Source: Eledone cirrhosa
Lineage: Eukaryota
Reading direction: 5' to 3'
Assembly (NCBI GenBank): GCA_964016885.1
Contig: OZ024743.1
Span: forward strand, 41,168,001-41,232,000
Length of the DNA stretch: 64,000 nucleotides
The notes below the pieces were generated by a model. That model worked only from the letters and a program-made list of their open reading frames with translations. It had not been told where the DNA came from and did not search any database. This document shows positions 12,701 through 27,266 of this stretch, piece after piece. Positions within the stretch are counted from its first letter, which is position 1. The number at the start of each line of letters is the position of its first letter. A program made the position numbers and the translations under genes.

Positions 12701-15668
12701 AGGGTGAGTTCAGTACAGAGTTAATTTCACAATAAGCTAGCAAACGATAATCAAAGGACGTGCCTTATATAAAGTTATAAGGGAAAGGTGAAAAAGATTA
12801 TATATTCTTTAATCGGACAGACTGAATAATTTTATAATTGTTGCATTAAATATATCCAATTTCGATTCGTATAACAACCCTATCAAATATTAAATGTTAA
12901 ATAATTAAAATTATGTTATCATGTATTCTATGAGCAGTTTAAACATATATCAATTCTCTGTCAAAATATCTTCTTATATATATGTTCCGTATCAATGTGT
13001 GTTAGCGAAGGTGGAAGTGGTGTTCAAAATTTAAATGTCAACTGAATTCACGTGGTTAAACAATTGAAAATGATCTTAATATACATAATATTAGTCCAGA
13101 TGGCATTTTTGTGTGGGCATTAAGGTGGAGTTCAATTGTATCGAATGGTCGCTGAATGAAATCTGAAAACGGTCAGGAATGGATAAAGTTGTTCTTATGT
13201 CTTGTGATATGTGTGTGTATGTGTGTTTGTGTGTGTACCCCTTCTATTAAGTGAACACAATTAATTTTACGGTGTTCTGATAAAAGCAAGGATGAAAGTA
13301 TAAATATAAATAAAAAGATAGGTATATACATAATTGAAAGGGGACCAGGGGGTGTTGCACAGGCTGGCTTCCTGGAGGATTTGCAGAAAAGAAAGAAGAC
13401 ACACACACACACACACATATATATATACATACACATACACACACACACATATATATATATATATGAGTTGATGTACCTCCCAAGTGGTGTAAAATCTATA
13501 TCACATTTCGAGTCACTTCTTATCACATCATCCCAAAGTATTTCACATACACACACGCACACGTCAATGTAGTGCATTTAGCTGTAAACATATAAATTAT
13601 GTATTTCATGAAAAGTATTACAAAAACATAGAAACAACAAAAATATGATGATAAAATTTAAATAAGGCAAATAAAATTCGTTCGTTGCTTGGAGGATGTA
13701 GACAAAAACTATTTTCAATATAGAGTTAATAGCAAACTTCCGCTAATACAATTATTTTGATCGATAGAGCGAGAAAAAAATATATTGAAATGTGTAAGTA
13801 ATAAATTGAAATGTATAAAAGTCAGTATAAAATGAATTAAAAACAGGAAGATGAATGGTAAAAGTTAATACATAAGAAATATAACTGAAAATGTATATAT
13901 GTATCATTGCACGTATAGTTCTAATCTAAACATATAATTCCGTGGTGTTGAGATAGATCCTCCGTCGATTTCGACGATGAACCTTCCTCTGCAGATACAC
14001 ATATACATTTGTATGCATAAACACGCACACACGAGTGTTTCTGTTGTTAGATCAACTGAAGGTGATACTTCTTAAATTACCGTCTCAAGTGGTTATGTAT
14101 TCCACAGAAACATATGTTCTGAAGGTATACTATGCGGGGATTCAGTACAGCAGGACACAGGCCTGCATTTTGAATTTCATATATAATCCATCCAATGTAG
14201 TTCCCTACAATTTCCCTCTGCCCAATTTCACTCAAAAGTGTTGGGAGGACAATTTAATGGTTTGATAAAACCACTCCCCCAAGATTCTATATTGTTGGAC
14301 CGAAATGAGGGCCGCCTGCTTGTGAAGAAATTATCTGAAACACTTAACATGCCGAGCGAATGATGGAGTTCGTAGGCTTTCGCGTGGTCAAATGAGAGGA
14401 GGAAATGATTGTGTAAGGTGGAAACTTAAATCAACGGTACTTATTCTATATAAACATGTAATGTATAGCTATAATATATTTCGGCTGCTTAGAGCAAATC
14501 TTAATATATAGTATTTATATTAGCAGAGGAATTAACGAAGCTTAATTCATAATACATTGTATTTGAAGGCCTATACGATATTACCCAAACTTATACACAC
14601 AACGAGATTTAAGTCTATCTCTTCAGACAATTGTTCTCCTTAAAACTACACTGAAGCTTCGCGGATAATTTATATTCTGTATTTCTTTAGTTTCACAGCA
14701 ACAGTCTTATAATTGATACCATAGATACAAAATCTATTTTTGGTTAAAAAATAATTGGAAAAAATTGCAATTCTTATATGAATGTGTGTGAAGTTATAAA
14801 CAAAGAATATACGTATAACACTCATGGCAGGTATAGATTTCTTCAAGCGTTGGAATAGTCTGCTCATGATGTTGATAACTGAGCATCCCATAGAACCGTG
14901 CACATTTAATCTAGATTTCAGATAATTTACCGAAACAGACTATGACAATTACGTTTGAGTAAATCCTAGTAATACACATTTTTACCAGTTGTCACGATTT
15001 AGGATGCAACACGCCGCTAAACGAACTTACAACTATATGACATTGAAAGGAATACAAAAACTACTAAGCAATACCTCTCTACTGCGAGCTTTCTTATGTT
15101 GCTGTGGTTGATGAATTCGATAATGTAAATGATTTAAATAATGAGAAGTGAGGGCCGACACAGTGCCTTCCTGGTCGCCACTACTGACGTTGGATGGTCT
15201 TGATAGTATTTCTTGAACCACAAGATATTGTGCTCTGTTATTAATAGAATGAATAACCTATTCAGCACCTACCACAACATATTAACTTGAACATTCCTCA
15301 GACTATACAAATAGCCGTGTGTATGTCATGGCTATGGACTGGCACCACCCAACCTGACTATGTAGAACCGGACATGGTCACGCATCGACATCAATTTATA
15401 TCGAACCCTTCATAACCTGAGCACGACCACTCCACATCACACTACCCTCCATTCTGTTATACACCTCGTGTAATTACGCTATAATGGTCCGTGTTTTTTT
15501 GTAGTTTGTAATCTGTATGTATATTCGCATTTATATTATTATTCATTTTTTTTTTATTTGCTACCTACAACATATGCTTACCATACCGTGCTAAATTACG
15601 ATGTTTTACAATGTGTTATGATATGTTATATGATTATATCATACTACACTGCCTTAAATATTTCATTA

Positions 15669-16066
15669 TCTGCAGATACTAATGTTTCTGGGTATCACCC
15701 TTCATCAGTACAGCTCACTGTTCACCTGCCAAACTGTCAGAGCTAGTGAAAATATATGCTATTTTCAAAGATACACAGTGACTGATCGGCCTGATTTGCT
15801 TATTAGCAGACTGGCTGATCAGTCAGATCTACGTATGGCTAGTCTGCTGATATGCAAATCTGGCTGATCAGTGGATCTGCTAAATTGCAGATCTGACTCA
15901 TCAGCCTTTCTACTACTATGCAAATCAGGCCGATCAGTCACTGTGTATTTTTGAAAATAGCATATACATTTTCACTAGCATTGACAGTCTGGCAGGTGAA
16001 CAGAGAGCTGTACTGATGAAGGGCGATACCCAGAAACATTGCTGTCTGCAGTTCTGTTCACATGCC
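15669..16066. mobile_element. Palindromic HHR-bearing element (family D)
   Basis: Arms about 15669-15830 and 15889-16051; outward-facing HHR in each arm; centre has repeated CTGGCTGATCAGT. Confidence 0.85.
15991..16066 (+). ncRNA. Type I hammerhead ribozyme
   Basis: GGCAGGTGAACA-GA-GAGCTGTA CTGATGA(16013-16019) aGGGcgataCCCa GAAA CA ttgc TG TC^ TGCAGTTC TGTTCACATGCC; long stem I and GUC site; 10.1-11.1 is a non-canonical A.A. Confidence 0.8.
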
Positions 16067-16162
16067 AACACAAGAGCAAGAATGGAGTGTTAATTCTACT
16101 GACATGGCTATAAAATTGAGGCTTGTTTGCATAATTGCAAACTAATCGAATGCTTTGACGCA

Positions 16163-16280
16163 TAGAGTTATGGCCCTTGCCATTCTGAGTTCAAATCCCG
16201 CCGAGGTTAACTTTGCCTTTCATCCTTACGGGGTCGATAAAATAAAGTACCAGTAATGTACTGGGTAATTGCTGGCCTTG
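16163..16280 (+). mobile_element. 5'-truncated SINE
   Basis: GAGTTCAAATCCCGCCGAGGTTAACTTTGCCTTTCATCC...GTAGAAACAATT. Confidence 0.85.
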
Positions 16281-16345
16281 TGCCAATAGTAGAAACAATT
16301 ATTAATATTCGAAAAACTCAGATTACATGCAGAGCAAAAACATTT

Positions 16346-16377
<32 letters not shown>

Positions 16378-16571
16378 CTTTTTTGTTATCCTTATTTTAG
16401 TTAATTTAATCAATTACATCGATTTACAATCCTTTAAATTCTTTATGTTCATGTTTTCTTTACAATCTAATATTCTGGTCACATATTCCTCACTTTTAGT
16501 TGTTTGTTTATTTGATGTTGTTGTGGCTGGCTATTGTTTTCGTTGTTGAAATTATTATTTATATTATGGAT

Positions 16572-16749
16572 GGATTGGCAGTATCGGTAGAGAGTCGGAC
16601 GCCATGCTTTCCAGCATAGTTACGTCCCTTTACGATCTGAGTTCAAATCCCACCGAGGTTGACTTTGCCTTTCATCCTTACGGGGTCGATACAATAAAGT
16701 ACCAGTAATGCACTTGGTAATTGCTGGCCTTGTGCCAAAAGTAGAAACA
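16572..16749 (+). mobile_element. SINE with 18-bp TSD
   Basis: TSD ATTATTTATATTATGGAT at 16554-16571 and 16750-16767. Confidence 0.9.
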
Positions 16750-18091
16750 ATTATTTATATTATGGATATTGTGATTATTGTTGTTCATAAATGTATTATC
16801 ATTATTATCATCATTGTTGTTACGGTGATGCTTGTTTGTGTTGTTGTTGTGGCTGTCACTATCATCATCGCTGTTGTTATTATTGTTGTTGTTATCCTGG
16901 CCGTAATCGTTGTCATTGTCAATGTTGTTAATATTGTTGTCACGGTTGCTTAGTTGTGTTTGTTGTTAAACTTGTTAGTATTACAATTGTTGTTGCCTTA
17001 GTGGTTATTAGTGTTGTTGTTGTGGCTGACGTGGCCGTATTAGCTACCATTGTCAATGATGCTGTTATTGTTGTTATTGTCGTCGTGGTTGTAGCTACTA
17101 TCACAGTGGTTCTATCGCCCACCATCAAAGCTTTCTTTATTGAAACCACAATCTAACCAAATACAGTAACGGGGTACTCGTAGACTAAGTGTCTGGAATT
17201 TCGACAACTTTAAAGACATATTTTCGATAATTTACAACCTCGAGACTATAGTCAGTCGAGGAAGTCAGGATTGGTAATTAATGCATCAATCACGCCTCGC
17301 TCAATAGCTGGAAGGACACTTTTAGGAACTCATGCCTGGTGCGCTCACAAGAAAAACATTATTTTGCCTGCAGCATTTCAAATAAATGAATATTTCAACT
17401 GAAGAAATAGTTTCCATACCAGCAACAAATGTAAATACTACATCTGGTGTTGCATAAGAAAGCCATTGAAATAATGATAATGAATAAACTGTCTATGTAA
17501 TCACAGCATCTTTCTTAATATTATTCTTATGCTGGAACTCGATCCTAACTACGCACTACGAAACTACGAATGTAGAGAGCTTTCTCCTGTTTATTCCTGA
17601 TTTTGTTATTTTTTACCAAACAACTCCTACTGAAAACAATATATATATATATATTAAAATAACAGATTAATGTTTAAGCAAATAATCGCTGCTTTCACCT
17701 TTAACGGGATCTTCTGAAACTAACAAAGTCAATCTGTAAACGCAGAAGTGGATATTTCAAAAAACGTTGCAACCGGTAGAAAACAGGAAGACGATACTTT
17801 GGTTCGTGGAAACGTTCCCTGGCAAAGAACGGGAAAAAACGAATATATATATATATAGCGAGAGTCTATGGCTCCGTTAATTTATCGTGACATTTCGCTC
17901 CTTATAACAGATGTCCTCTCTCTCTCTGTTTGGTTGAACACACTTCTGAATGGTTTTGGGCTGCCCTATCTTGCAGTTGGCCCCTCAGACACCATGGGTT
18001 CACTGCCCTAAAACGCTGTGACATCTCACTCCCACGTGTAGCTGGGTGGTCGCTTTAGATTCTCTTAGAGCTGTCTGGAATGTATAGCCTT

Positions 18092-18174
18092 ACACACGCT
18101 GATGAATCATGGGCTACTACATTTCAGTCAACAACTTCCCGGCGAAACAGATCTGTTTGGATTTGCACGTGTGT
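18092..18174 (+). ncRNA. Hammerhead ribozyme, U16.1 to C substitution
   Basis: ACACACG CTGATGA(18099-18105) ... C GAAA CAGATCT gttt GGATTTG cA^ CGTGTGT; 7-bp stem I; lies in an island of about 480 bp between (TA)n tracts. Confidence 0.65.
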
Positions 18175-18334
18175 TATATAGTTATAGAGGTGCGTATTTA
18201 CACTTTAGTATATATTTTTAATTATCGTGTGTCGACCCTGCCTTTCATGGGTTATAGATTCCATACACTGGTGGTTTTCTCTGTTTTAATGGTGGCGCAC
18301 TATCTCTCTCTAGTGTGTTATCTTTTCAACATAT

Positions 18335-18431
<97 letters not shown>

Positions 18432-18587
18432 GTATATATATGTATATGTTTATATATGGGATAACAAGTTATCGTTTTAGGCAATCGAGTGATTAGCAGC
18501 CTTTAGACTGAGCTGATCAATGAAACTATTGTTAATACTGTAAATAAAACCCTTCCTGTACAGCCGACCATATTATTCTTCCCTCTT

Positions 18588-18637
<50 letters not shown>

Positions 18638-19285
18638 TATGAACATGCGTTTATATATTTCGTTTCCTAGTAACCACATAACCACATGTTTCAATCTACT
18701 TTGTTAGTTAGTGCTGTGACCCTCTTTCTCTTTCTCTCCCAGCATATTTATCTCTGTTTCTCCTTCTATATCCCTCCATCTATATTTTTATTCTTATCTC
18801 TTAGTTTTTTCACTACCCTACCCACCACATCCGTTCCTACTGTCCTACCCACCACTTCTATTCCTACTGTTCTACCCAACAATTTCGTTCAAGCCATTGT
18901 TCCTTCCTTTCGTGATCTGACCAACTTCAGTCCATACGTTCTTTCCACCTCCCTTTCCTATTCATAATTGTTCCAGGATGTATGCCCTATAAAGTTCTAT
19001 CAACTATTTCCAATTCTTAAATTGTTAACCCCACTCATGTGTGCTACTTTCGATTGTAGAATTCTTCCATGTCTTATTTATATGTCGATATTCCTTTTGC
19101 TTTTTTTCTTTGTTTGACTGTTTCTTCCCGAATAAGTATCCTAGAATAGTTATTTATACACTGTGGCAAATAGACTTGTCTTTAATGCATTCGAAACTAC
19201 AATGATCCACAGTAGATAGCAGATGAGCAGGAATCGTTCCTGTGTTTGTGTCTTCCGTGTTATCTGACTCCTTTTGTCCACACGT

Positions 19286-19337
<52 letters not shown>

Positions 19338-19387
19338 ATCTCTATATATATATATGGATAGGTGGGTATGTGTGTATGTCTGTATAT

Positions 19388-19445
<58 letters not shown>

Positions 19446-20440
19446 CCGTACCCCGCTCCCCACACACATATATATATGTGTGTGTGTATATATATATGTG
19501 TGTGTACATATATATATATACAGACAATCATACATATATATATACATATATATTTGTATAGAAATATGTATACATCATACATATATATTCATACATACAT
19601 ATATATAACGAGGAAGAGGGGGAGAGAGAGAGAGAGTCAATGTAAGAAAGAGAATAAGAGAAACATAATGGTGGAAGAGGAAGAGGGTGTTATTATATGA
19701 TAATTAGTTCTCTTCGTGTTCAATTATGTAAATCACTCATTACCAACAACAAGCTATGCATGCGAAGTAGTACTATTAAATTTAAAATTACATTTCAATT
19801 GAATTCTTAGCAGCAGGTTCCACATATGGGATTTGACGAACCCATAGCAACGAATTCTCAGAAGTCTTTTCTGAACACGACGATTGTATGTAGATTATTG
19901 AAGGGAATTTGGTGGAAAGTCGAGCGTAAATGCATTAATTTAAATTGCGTTAGTGTTAGCCTAATTATGTGTCAATGGAATTTGTGTAAATATTAGATCC
20001 AATCATAGAAATGTAGGCCGCCATAGCTGGGGGTGGGAGAATGAGTGGAAATAGAGGGGGAGAAAAAAGACGAAGGAAACTAGGAAATGAAGGAAAATAT
20101 GACGCATCAGAGGAAGAAAAAGTATGAAAATGTTGGACTAGATGGAAACAGCAAAAAAAGAAAAAAATGATGTGGAGCAGAACAGGTATGAGAATAAGGA
20201 TGAGGAATAGGCTTTTACCGTCGTCATCAACATGTATCTGAATATTCTGCACTTAATAAGTTACGTGAATCGAAAATATGAATAACGAATAACGCACAGT
20301 GAGAGATAATAATTGCATTGTGCTATGTGCAAGAAAACTACTCTTAAATGTCATTTAATAAAATGCTTTCATCAGCACATTCTTTAAAATGTTACAACAT
20401 AAATTATCAATATTATCAATATTATTATCATTATCATTAG

Positions 20441-21360
20441 TATCGGTGGAACATCCACCTCGGCGTTCCATAGAGGGCTAGTGGAGGGAAAGAGCGACGA
20501 CGTTCTCGGGGAGACCCTGGGCGTCGAAGACGATCAGCTCTCTTCAAGAAAAATTCCAGACCGGGGCCTATGGAAAACTTCCAGAAATCCCTGACCTGAC
20601 AGTGCTACCGGGGAGAGTTACCGGTTTTGGATAAGCTCTACAGGCACGGAGGTGCTGTCAGCTGAGCCTGTCGGAGATACGCGCAGGGCGACGAAACCGT
20701 CCTGCACGCACTCATTCAGTGCCCGAGGATTGCTGACTTGTAGAGCTAAATCGAAAAGCTGCTGTCGCGTGTAGGGCAGATCCGGTTATCGACTGAGTTC
20801 ATTGTGCAGATAGACCCGCCATCCCCCTTTAAAGAGGAGGAATGGCAGGCAGTTTTCATCTACCTGGTGGCCATGGCGAAATAGATTGTGTGGTGGACAT
20901 GGTTGAAAGGGTTGAAGACGGACACTTTCCTCTTCGGCCAATCCCTGATTAACTCTTTCAGGTTTCACTTGAAGGGGAAAATCAGGGTGGAGAGGCAAGT
21001 GCTATCTTCTAGTAAGTTTCTTGAAAGGTGGGTGGAAGTGGCGAGTCTGGTCCGAGTGAACGGGCCCGCTCTGAGTATGCGCCTGTAGACTGAGGAGTGG
21101 GAAAACTGAGAGAGTGCGCTTGCGCTGGTGGTAACCAGTGACCGTAGGGTGGCCGTAGTCTGTTGTGTGGTTTTTGCCACGAGTGACCCTCGGAAGTTTC
21201 CCCACCTATTGGGGATTTTTTTGTTGTTTGATTTTTTTTTATATTTCTATCTTGTTATAATTTTTTTACACGGCCCAAACCCACATTGTATCGTCCTGTA
21301 CCGTTCTGTGCCCTCTCTATCGTTTTTCTTCGTGTGAGCCCCTGTGGCCAATAAAGAAAC
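20441..21360 (+). mobile_element. 5'-truncated L1/Tx1-like LINE 3' end
   Basis: Disrupted paralogue of 24024-24539 (DETVLHALIQCP, WWTWLKGLKT...RVNGPALSMRL); ends AATAAAGAAA plus ATA/ATT repeats. Confidence 0.85.
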
Positions 21361-21599
21361 GATTATAATAATAATGATAATTATTATTATTATTATTGAC
21401 GCCCTACGTAGGAAATCGTATCATCGTGAGCTCCGCAAAGGTTTGTTGTTTTCAGTTGTTTCAAATTGCCATTTATGGAAAAGTTGTGTTGTTAAGTGTT
21501 TATACGGTCACATAATTTGCTTTTGGAAAAGGACACTCAAAACGATTGGGGTCTTGAGCCCAACATTTAAACTTTTATAATTATCAAACGAAAAATTAG

Positions 21600-23720
21600 T
21601 TTGAAAAAATCATGGACGACAAACAGCTACACCAGGCTGACAACCTTCCTCACAAACTAACACCTCACACCAACACCACCATTGTAAATATTACTACGTT
21701 TGCCAACACTAAAATATAAGCAGTAGCAATAATTTAAATTTGTCTCATGCAGACATACATTTCCCGCCATTACCAATGACTGCAGGTTTTGAAGCGACAA
21801 CAGAAACAAAACAAAACAAAAAATTATCTCGTGACATCTAAATGGATTCACCCAGAATCGACTCTTCCACAACGAACCCACTGACGCCACCACCGCCACA
21901 ACTGAGACTAAAAATAACAATAACAACAACATCAACAACAACAATGAGAATAACAACACCGTGTCGTTTCCCAAAGCAGCAAAAAAATGTGAAACAATCC
22001 AGGTAACTCAGGAGTAATTAGATGAAGCCAAGAGAATGGTAAAGAAAGATTGGTACAGGTTCAACCCCCCCCCCCAACCTAATAAAATGGAGCATCGGCG
22101 CCTATGCACCGTGTCTTATCGGACGATTAACATAAAATCGTGCCGAGTGGAACGGGCATCCGAGTCCCAAATCAAAAAAGCTTTGGGACATGTGTGGGCA
22201 AAAAAAACCCACATCAGACGTGGGCAGAAATATATGAAACCCTGGACGTGTTCTTTGGAGCACCAGAAGAGACCAGAGAGCACTCCATGGCCCCATTAAG
22301 AAGCGACGACTTCACACACGTCCCAAGCTATTGTGGCCAGAGACTCGTAAAGATCAGGGTGACCCACATTCTACCGGCCATCGAAATTCCCTGGCTGATG
22401 GCTGCCGTCCTCGCCGGCATCGAGGCCAACACCAAAATAATATAAAAAGCAAAAGAAAATCATGAGAACTGGGCCGGATCTGGGATGGAGCCCCTGATCC
22501 AAGCGGCCCAAAATGCATTGAGGAGATCCCAGAAGTAATAGACCTCACTGACGGCAGCCAACTCACCGTAATCGTCGAGGGTAGAAGGCCTATGTGTGTC
22601 GTTTGTGGTGAAGGAACCCACCTAAGGGATTTCTACCCTCAGGCTAAAAAGTTGAGGCCACCTCTCTTACCCACTCCAGTGACTCAACCATCAACACCAC
22701 CAGCAGCAGAAATGGGAGCAACAACTGTAGCAGCAACAACCCCAGCAACAGTAGCAAAACCAACACCACCACCACCCAACGCGCCAGAACTAGCAGCAGC
22801 GCCTACACCATCCATCACGCCACAACCAAAACCAACGCCTGTGGAGGATTTTCCACTCCCCTACCTATCGCAACTGGAGACAGATTGTGACGACGAGGAG
22901 TGGGAAACGGTATCAAGAAATTAGAAAAAACGAAAAAGTAGCGAAAAAAGAAAAAAATTCTCTTCCTTCCCCTTCCAAAAACAAAATACAGAGGGAATCA
23001 AAAATACTATCAAACAAAAAAGATAGGACAGCTATGCCACCATCCACATCAGCATCACCAACCCCATCACCACAAACACCAACACCATCACCACAGTAAC
23101 CCCAACACCACCATGCAACACCACAAAAGTCACCAAAAAGGGAAACAGAAACAAACCCACAACAAACGCAAACAAAACAAAACAACCGAAACGATACACA
23201 CTACACAGCATTACATTTGAACAACAACCAATTATTACACTACATCCAACACAACACTAGCATCACAGAAAAAAGACTACACAAACCCCAAAACTTCACA
23301 CCACCTCCACACATACAAATCACTTGCATCACACAGAAAACGTACACGACAAAAACAAAAATTCCCCAAAGACATCGGAGTCTTCCGACAAGCACTCTCC
23401 AGGAAGATGTATAAGGACATCCTTCCGGAGTAGGCCACACGCAGTGAAAACGATGGAGAAACCATCCTTCCTCTACGAGAAGTAAGGTAAGTAATCTTTC
23501 CCATCTTTTCCACTCCATTTCAACATGACCTTACTCAGAATAGGCATCATAAATGCGCGTGGCTTGGGGTCGTCATGGAAGCAGGGCCACCTGCTCAACG
23601 ACCTCAGGTCACTAAACATAGATGTAGTGGCCATCAGCCAGACCAGAATCTCCGAAGCACGGGCCTTCGCACCGATCTTCGGCGGCTACGATGAGTACGC
23701 ATCTCCCAGCCGTCCTGGCC
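21600..23720 (+). mobile_element. L1/Tx1-like LINE 5' portion: decayed ORF1 and start of the ORF2 AP endonuclease
   Basis: Zinc-knuckle remnant CVVCGEGTHLRDFY and a Pro/Thr-rich tail; ORF at 23525 MTLLRIGIINARGL...IDVVAISQT matches the APE N-terminus. Confidence 0.8.
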
Positions 23721-23884
23721 TGTCTTCAGCAACTGGATCGCTGGTGGTCGGGGTCACTGTGTCTTTTTAATGGGCTTTCTCCACGAATATCCCTTGGAAG
23801 TCTCCCCCGTATTGGGGAATTTTTCATTGTTATTTTTTTGTTACATCCTCTGATATTGTTTTTTACTCGCATAAATGCCCATAT

Positions 23885-24789
23885 CAGGCAAAGTGATCGG
23901 TGGAAACTCCACCTTGGCGTTCTAGAGAGGATTAATGGAGGGCGACGACGTACTTAGGAAACTCTAGGCGTCGACGAAAATCAACTAGCCAATCTCGTCG
24001 GAAGAACTTTCGGGCCGGGGCCTATGGACAACTTCCAGAAATCCCTGGCCTGGCAGTGCTACCGAGGAGCTTTGCCAGTTCGGGATAAACTCTATAAACA
24101 TGGAGGTGTCGTCAGCCGGGCATGTCCGAGGTGCGCGCAGGGCGACGAAACCGTCCTGCACGCACTCGTCCAGTGTCCGAGCATTGCTGACTTGTGGGTT
24201 TATGTCGAACACCTGCTGTCGCGTGTAAGACGGATCCAGCCATCAGCTGAGTCCATCGTGATGATTGCCCCGCCCTCTTTCTTTAGCCAGGAAGGGCAGG
24301 CAGTTTTTATCTGTCTGGTGGCCATGGTGAAAGAGATAGTATGGTGGACACATTTGAAAGGGCTGAAGACGAGCACTCACTCCTTCCGTGATTCCCTGAT
24401 TAAATTTTTCAAATTTCATTTGAAAAGGAAAATCAGGGTAGAGAGGGAAATGCACTCTTCCCAGCATTTTGTTGAAAGATGGGTGAGAGAGGCAAGAATT
24501 GCTCGAGTGAATGGGTCTACTCTGAGTATGTGTCTGTAAATTAAAGATGGAAAATTGGGAGAGGTCACTTGCCCTGGTGGTCGGGGTCACTGTGTCTTTT
24601 TAATGGGCTTTCTCCACGAATATCCCTTGGAAGTCTCCCCCGTATTGGGGAATTTGTCATTGTTATTTTTTTGTTACATCCTCTGATATTGTTTTTTATT
24701 CGCATAAATGCCCATATATACCGCCCTGTATTGCCCTGTACTGTCCTTAATGTCTACTTTATGTAAACCCTTGTAGTAAATAAAGAAAG

Positions 24790-24790
<1 letters not shown>
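23885..24790 (+). mobile_element. L1/Tx1-like LINE 3' end (C-terminal CCHC zinc-binding region, 3' UTR)
   Basis: ORF 24024-24539 AWQCYRGALPVRDKL...CPRCAQGDETVLHALVQCP; AATAAA then (ATT)n 24791-24850. Confidence 0.9.
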
Positions 24791-24853
<63 letters not shown>

Positions 24854-25050
24854 GGCTATCACTGTTGTTTTTGCTGATGTATTCATGGTTGTATTTTCTC
24901 AGTTTATTCTATTATTCTAGGTAATATAGTCTAAGCAATTATATTATAACTGATAATCTCATGTCTCCATAGTAATTATTTCTTGGTCACTTTCCTCTAG
25001 AAATTCAGGTACATTTGAGCAAGATTCCACCTACATTATACCTGGCATTG

Positions 25051-25112
<62 letters not shown>

Positions 25113-25247
25113 TGTATATGTATAATAAAGCCTAAACAATGCAGGTATGGACATAGAATAAATAATGTAAATGCAAAAGATATTGTTGACAGTTAGTCTT
25201 TAACTTTAGATTTATTTAAATATATATATACATATATATAGAGAGAG

Positions 25248-25298
<51 letters not shown>

Positions 25299-25358
25299 AG
25301 TTTATCCCGCGATCAATCTGGGGTAACCACAGCAAGTAAGGCACTCAGAGTATAAATC

Positions 25359-25409
25359 AGCTTCCCGATGATATCTCATGAATGAACCAGTTCTAGTCCT
25401 GTAGAAGCT
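25359..25409 (+). ncRNA. Hammerhead ribozyme, family E, two core substitutions
   Basis: AGCTTC CcGATGA TATC tcat GAAT GAAc CAG ttctagtc CTG TA^ GAAGCT in an island of about 125 bp between (TA)n tracts. Confidence 0.6.
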
Positions 25410-25418
25410 TTTCTATAT

Positions 25419-25523
<105 letters not shown>

Positions 25524-26699
25524 GTTACATTCCCTTTGCATTTCTTGCTTCAGTGAAACCATCATTTTATCTCATGGCGAATTGGTATGTCGTTAGATCA
25601 TCCATTTAGTCCATAGACAGTGAATTGATAGAATTGGTAAATAATCGGACAAAATGTTTTGATGCATCTTATTAGATTCCGAGAATACTGACTTAAAATT
25701 CCTTTCAACTTCTTTTTCTAGGATATGCGGCTAACCGATAGTATCACCAATGAAAACTTCGATTGGGAGAGATCTCGTCGGTTTTGCCTTTCCCTCTTTT
25801 ATCTCTCTATATAAAGACCCCTCATTGCAATTAATATTTGGATGGTTGCACAAACGACTTGCATTAACGCCTAAATAAACCTCTAACCACAAAGTACCGA
25901 CCTGAAAGAAGAAAGTACACATTACAGAATGTAGGCTGTGTACACTATATATAACAAAAAAGAGATGGGATGGTGACGGCTAAAACCATTTTGATCATTT
26001 TACATAAAGAAAAGCAACAGTTTTTAGTGAAATTAATGCCAACTATAATTCAGTTAAAATGTCTTATTCTTAATCTAGAAAATTATTAATTATAGCATCA
26101 CATTTAATTACCAATCGTTCAATAGGAACTATTGAATAAAATATTATTGATTTATATTAAATAGCTTCGCTGTATGATTCTTTTTAGAACAGGTTTCTTC
26201 TTCACTTCTATTCACTGATATTTGAATACACATGGTCAGGTATTGAAATCTATGACTGTCGAAAACTTTCTAGGAATTATTTCATCTTCACTTACATTTA
26301 AATACAGGTTGTAGATAAAGACGAATGGCCTTGCAATTAAGGTGTTGGGCTCGCAATCATAATTTCTGGAGTTGGATTCTCGGACAGGAAAATGTGTTGC
26401 ATCATTGACAAGGACTTCTTAGATATATGTGATTATAAAATACATCGGTCGAAGAGACAAAGAATTGGATGGATACGTTGTTGCAGGACTCATTCATAAA
26501 CACACGGTGGGTAGAATTGATCAGCAATCATCACTGGAATGGACTAGTAGGTCAGTCTTTAAGATCAAGGCTGAAACCCGAACAGGTGAGAGACCAGTGC
26601 AATCACTATGAGCTAATAATGTGAAATATAACATCAATAAAATCTTCTGTGGAATAAAGGACACAGCTATCAAGAACGTTAGAAGAGATAAGTAAATAT

Positions 26700-27170
26700 C
26701 ACAAAAGGAATACAAACGGAAGCATAACATTGTATGGTTTATATGTTGGAACTTATGTGAACAGAAAAGTGATACGAGACATACCCAGTGGTGAATACAA
26801 ACCAAATGAAGTTATTATGGGATTTCAAAATGAAATTGGATCACGTAATACATAACAGAAGGCAAAGTAATATTGTTGAAGGCGGAAAACCGGTGTTGGA
26901 TATTTGATATAGCAAAATCAGAGGATAACTGAGTATGTGAGAGTAAAGGAGAAAATATTGAGCATGACGAGGACCAGAAAAAGGAATTCTACAAAATCTG
27001 TGTCATAGAAACGTTGAAGTTAAACCAACAGTTATGGACACCTAGAGGATGGTGACAAATAAATAGAAACATGAGTTGCTAAATTTGTAAATGCGATCTG
27101 TACAGAAGTGTTTTTAGAAGTTGGCAATATTAGGAGAAATGTGGATGTTGAGGAAGTTTCTTGAAGCAGT
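26700..27170 (+). mobile_element. Old R4/Dong-like LINE remnant (restriction-like endonuclease region)
   Basis: Frame-broken EYKRKHN, LLWDFKMKLDHVIHNRR, CWIFDIA motifs. Confidence 0.6.
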
Positions 27171-27179
27171 TAGATATTT

Positions 27180-27266
<87 letters not shown>

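Noticed and set aside
14465-14635. Minus-strand CTGAAGA...CCGAAAT with a long insert
   Set aside because: Stem I depends on wobble pairs in AT-rich sequence; not supportable.
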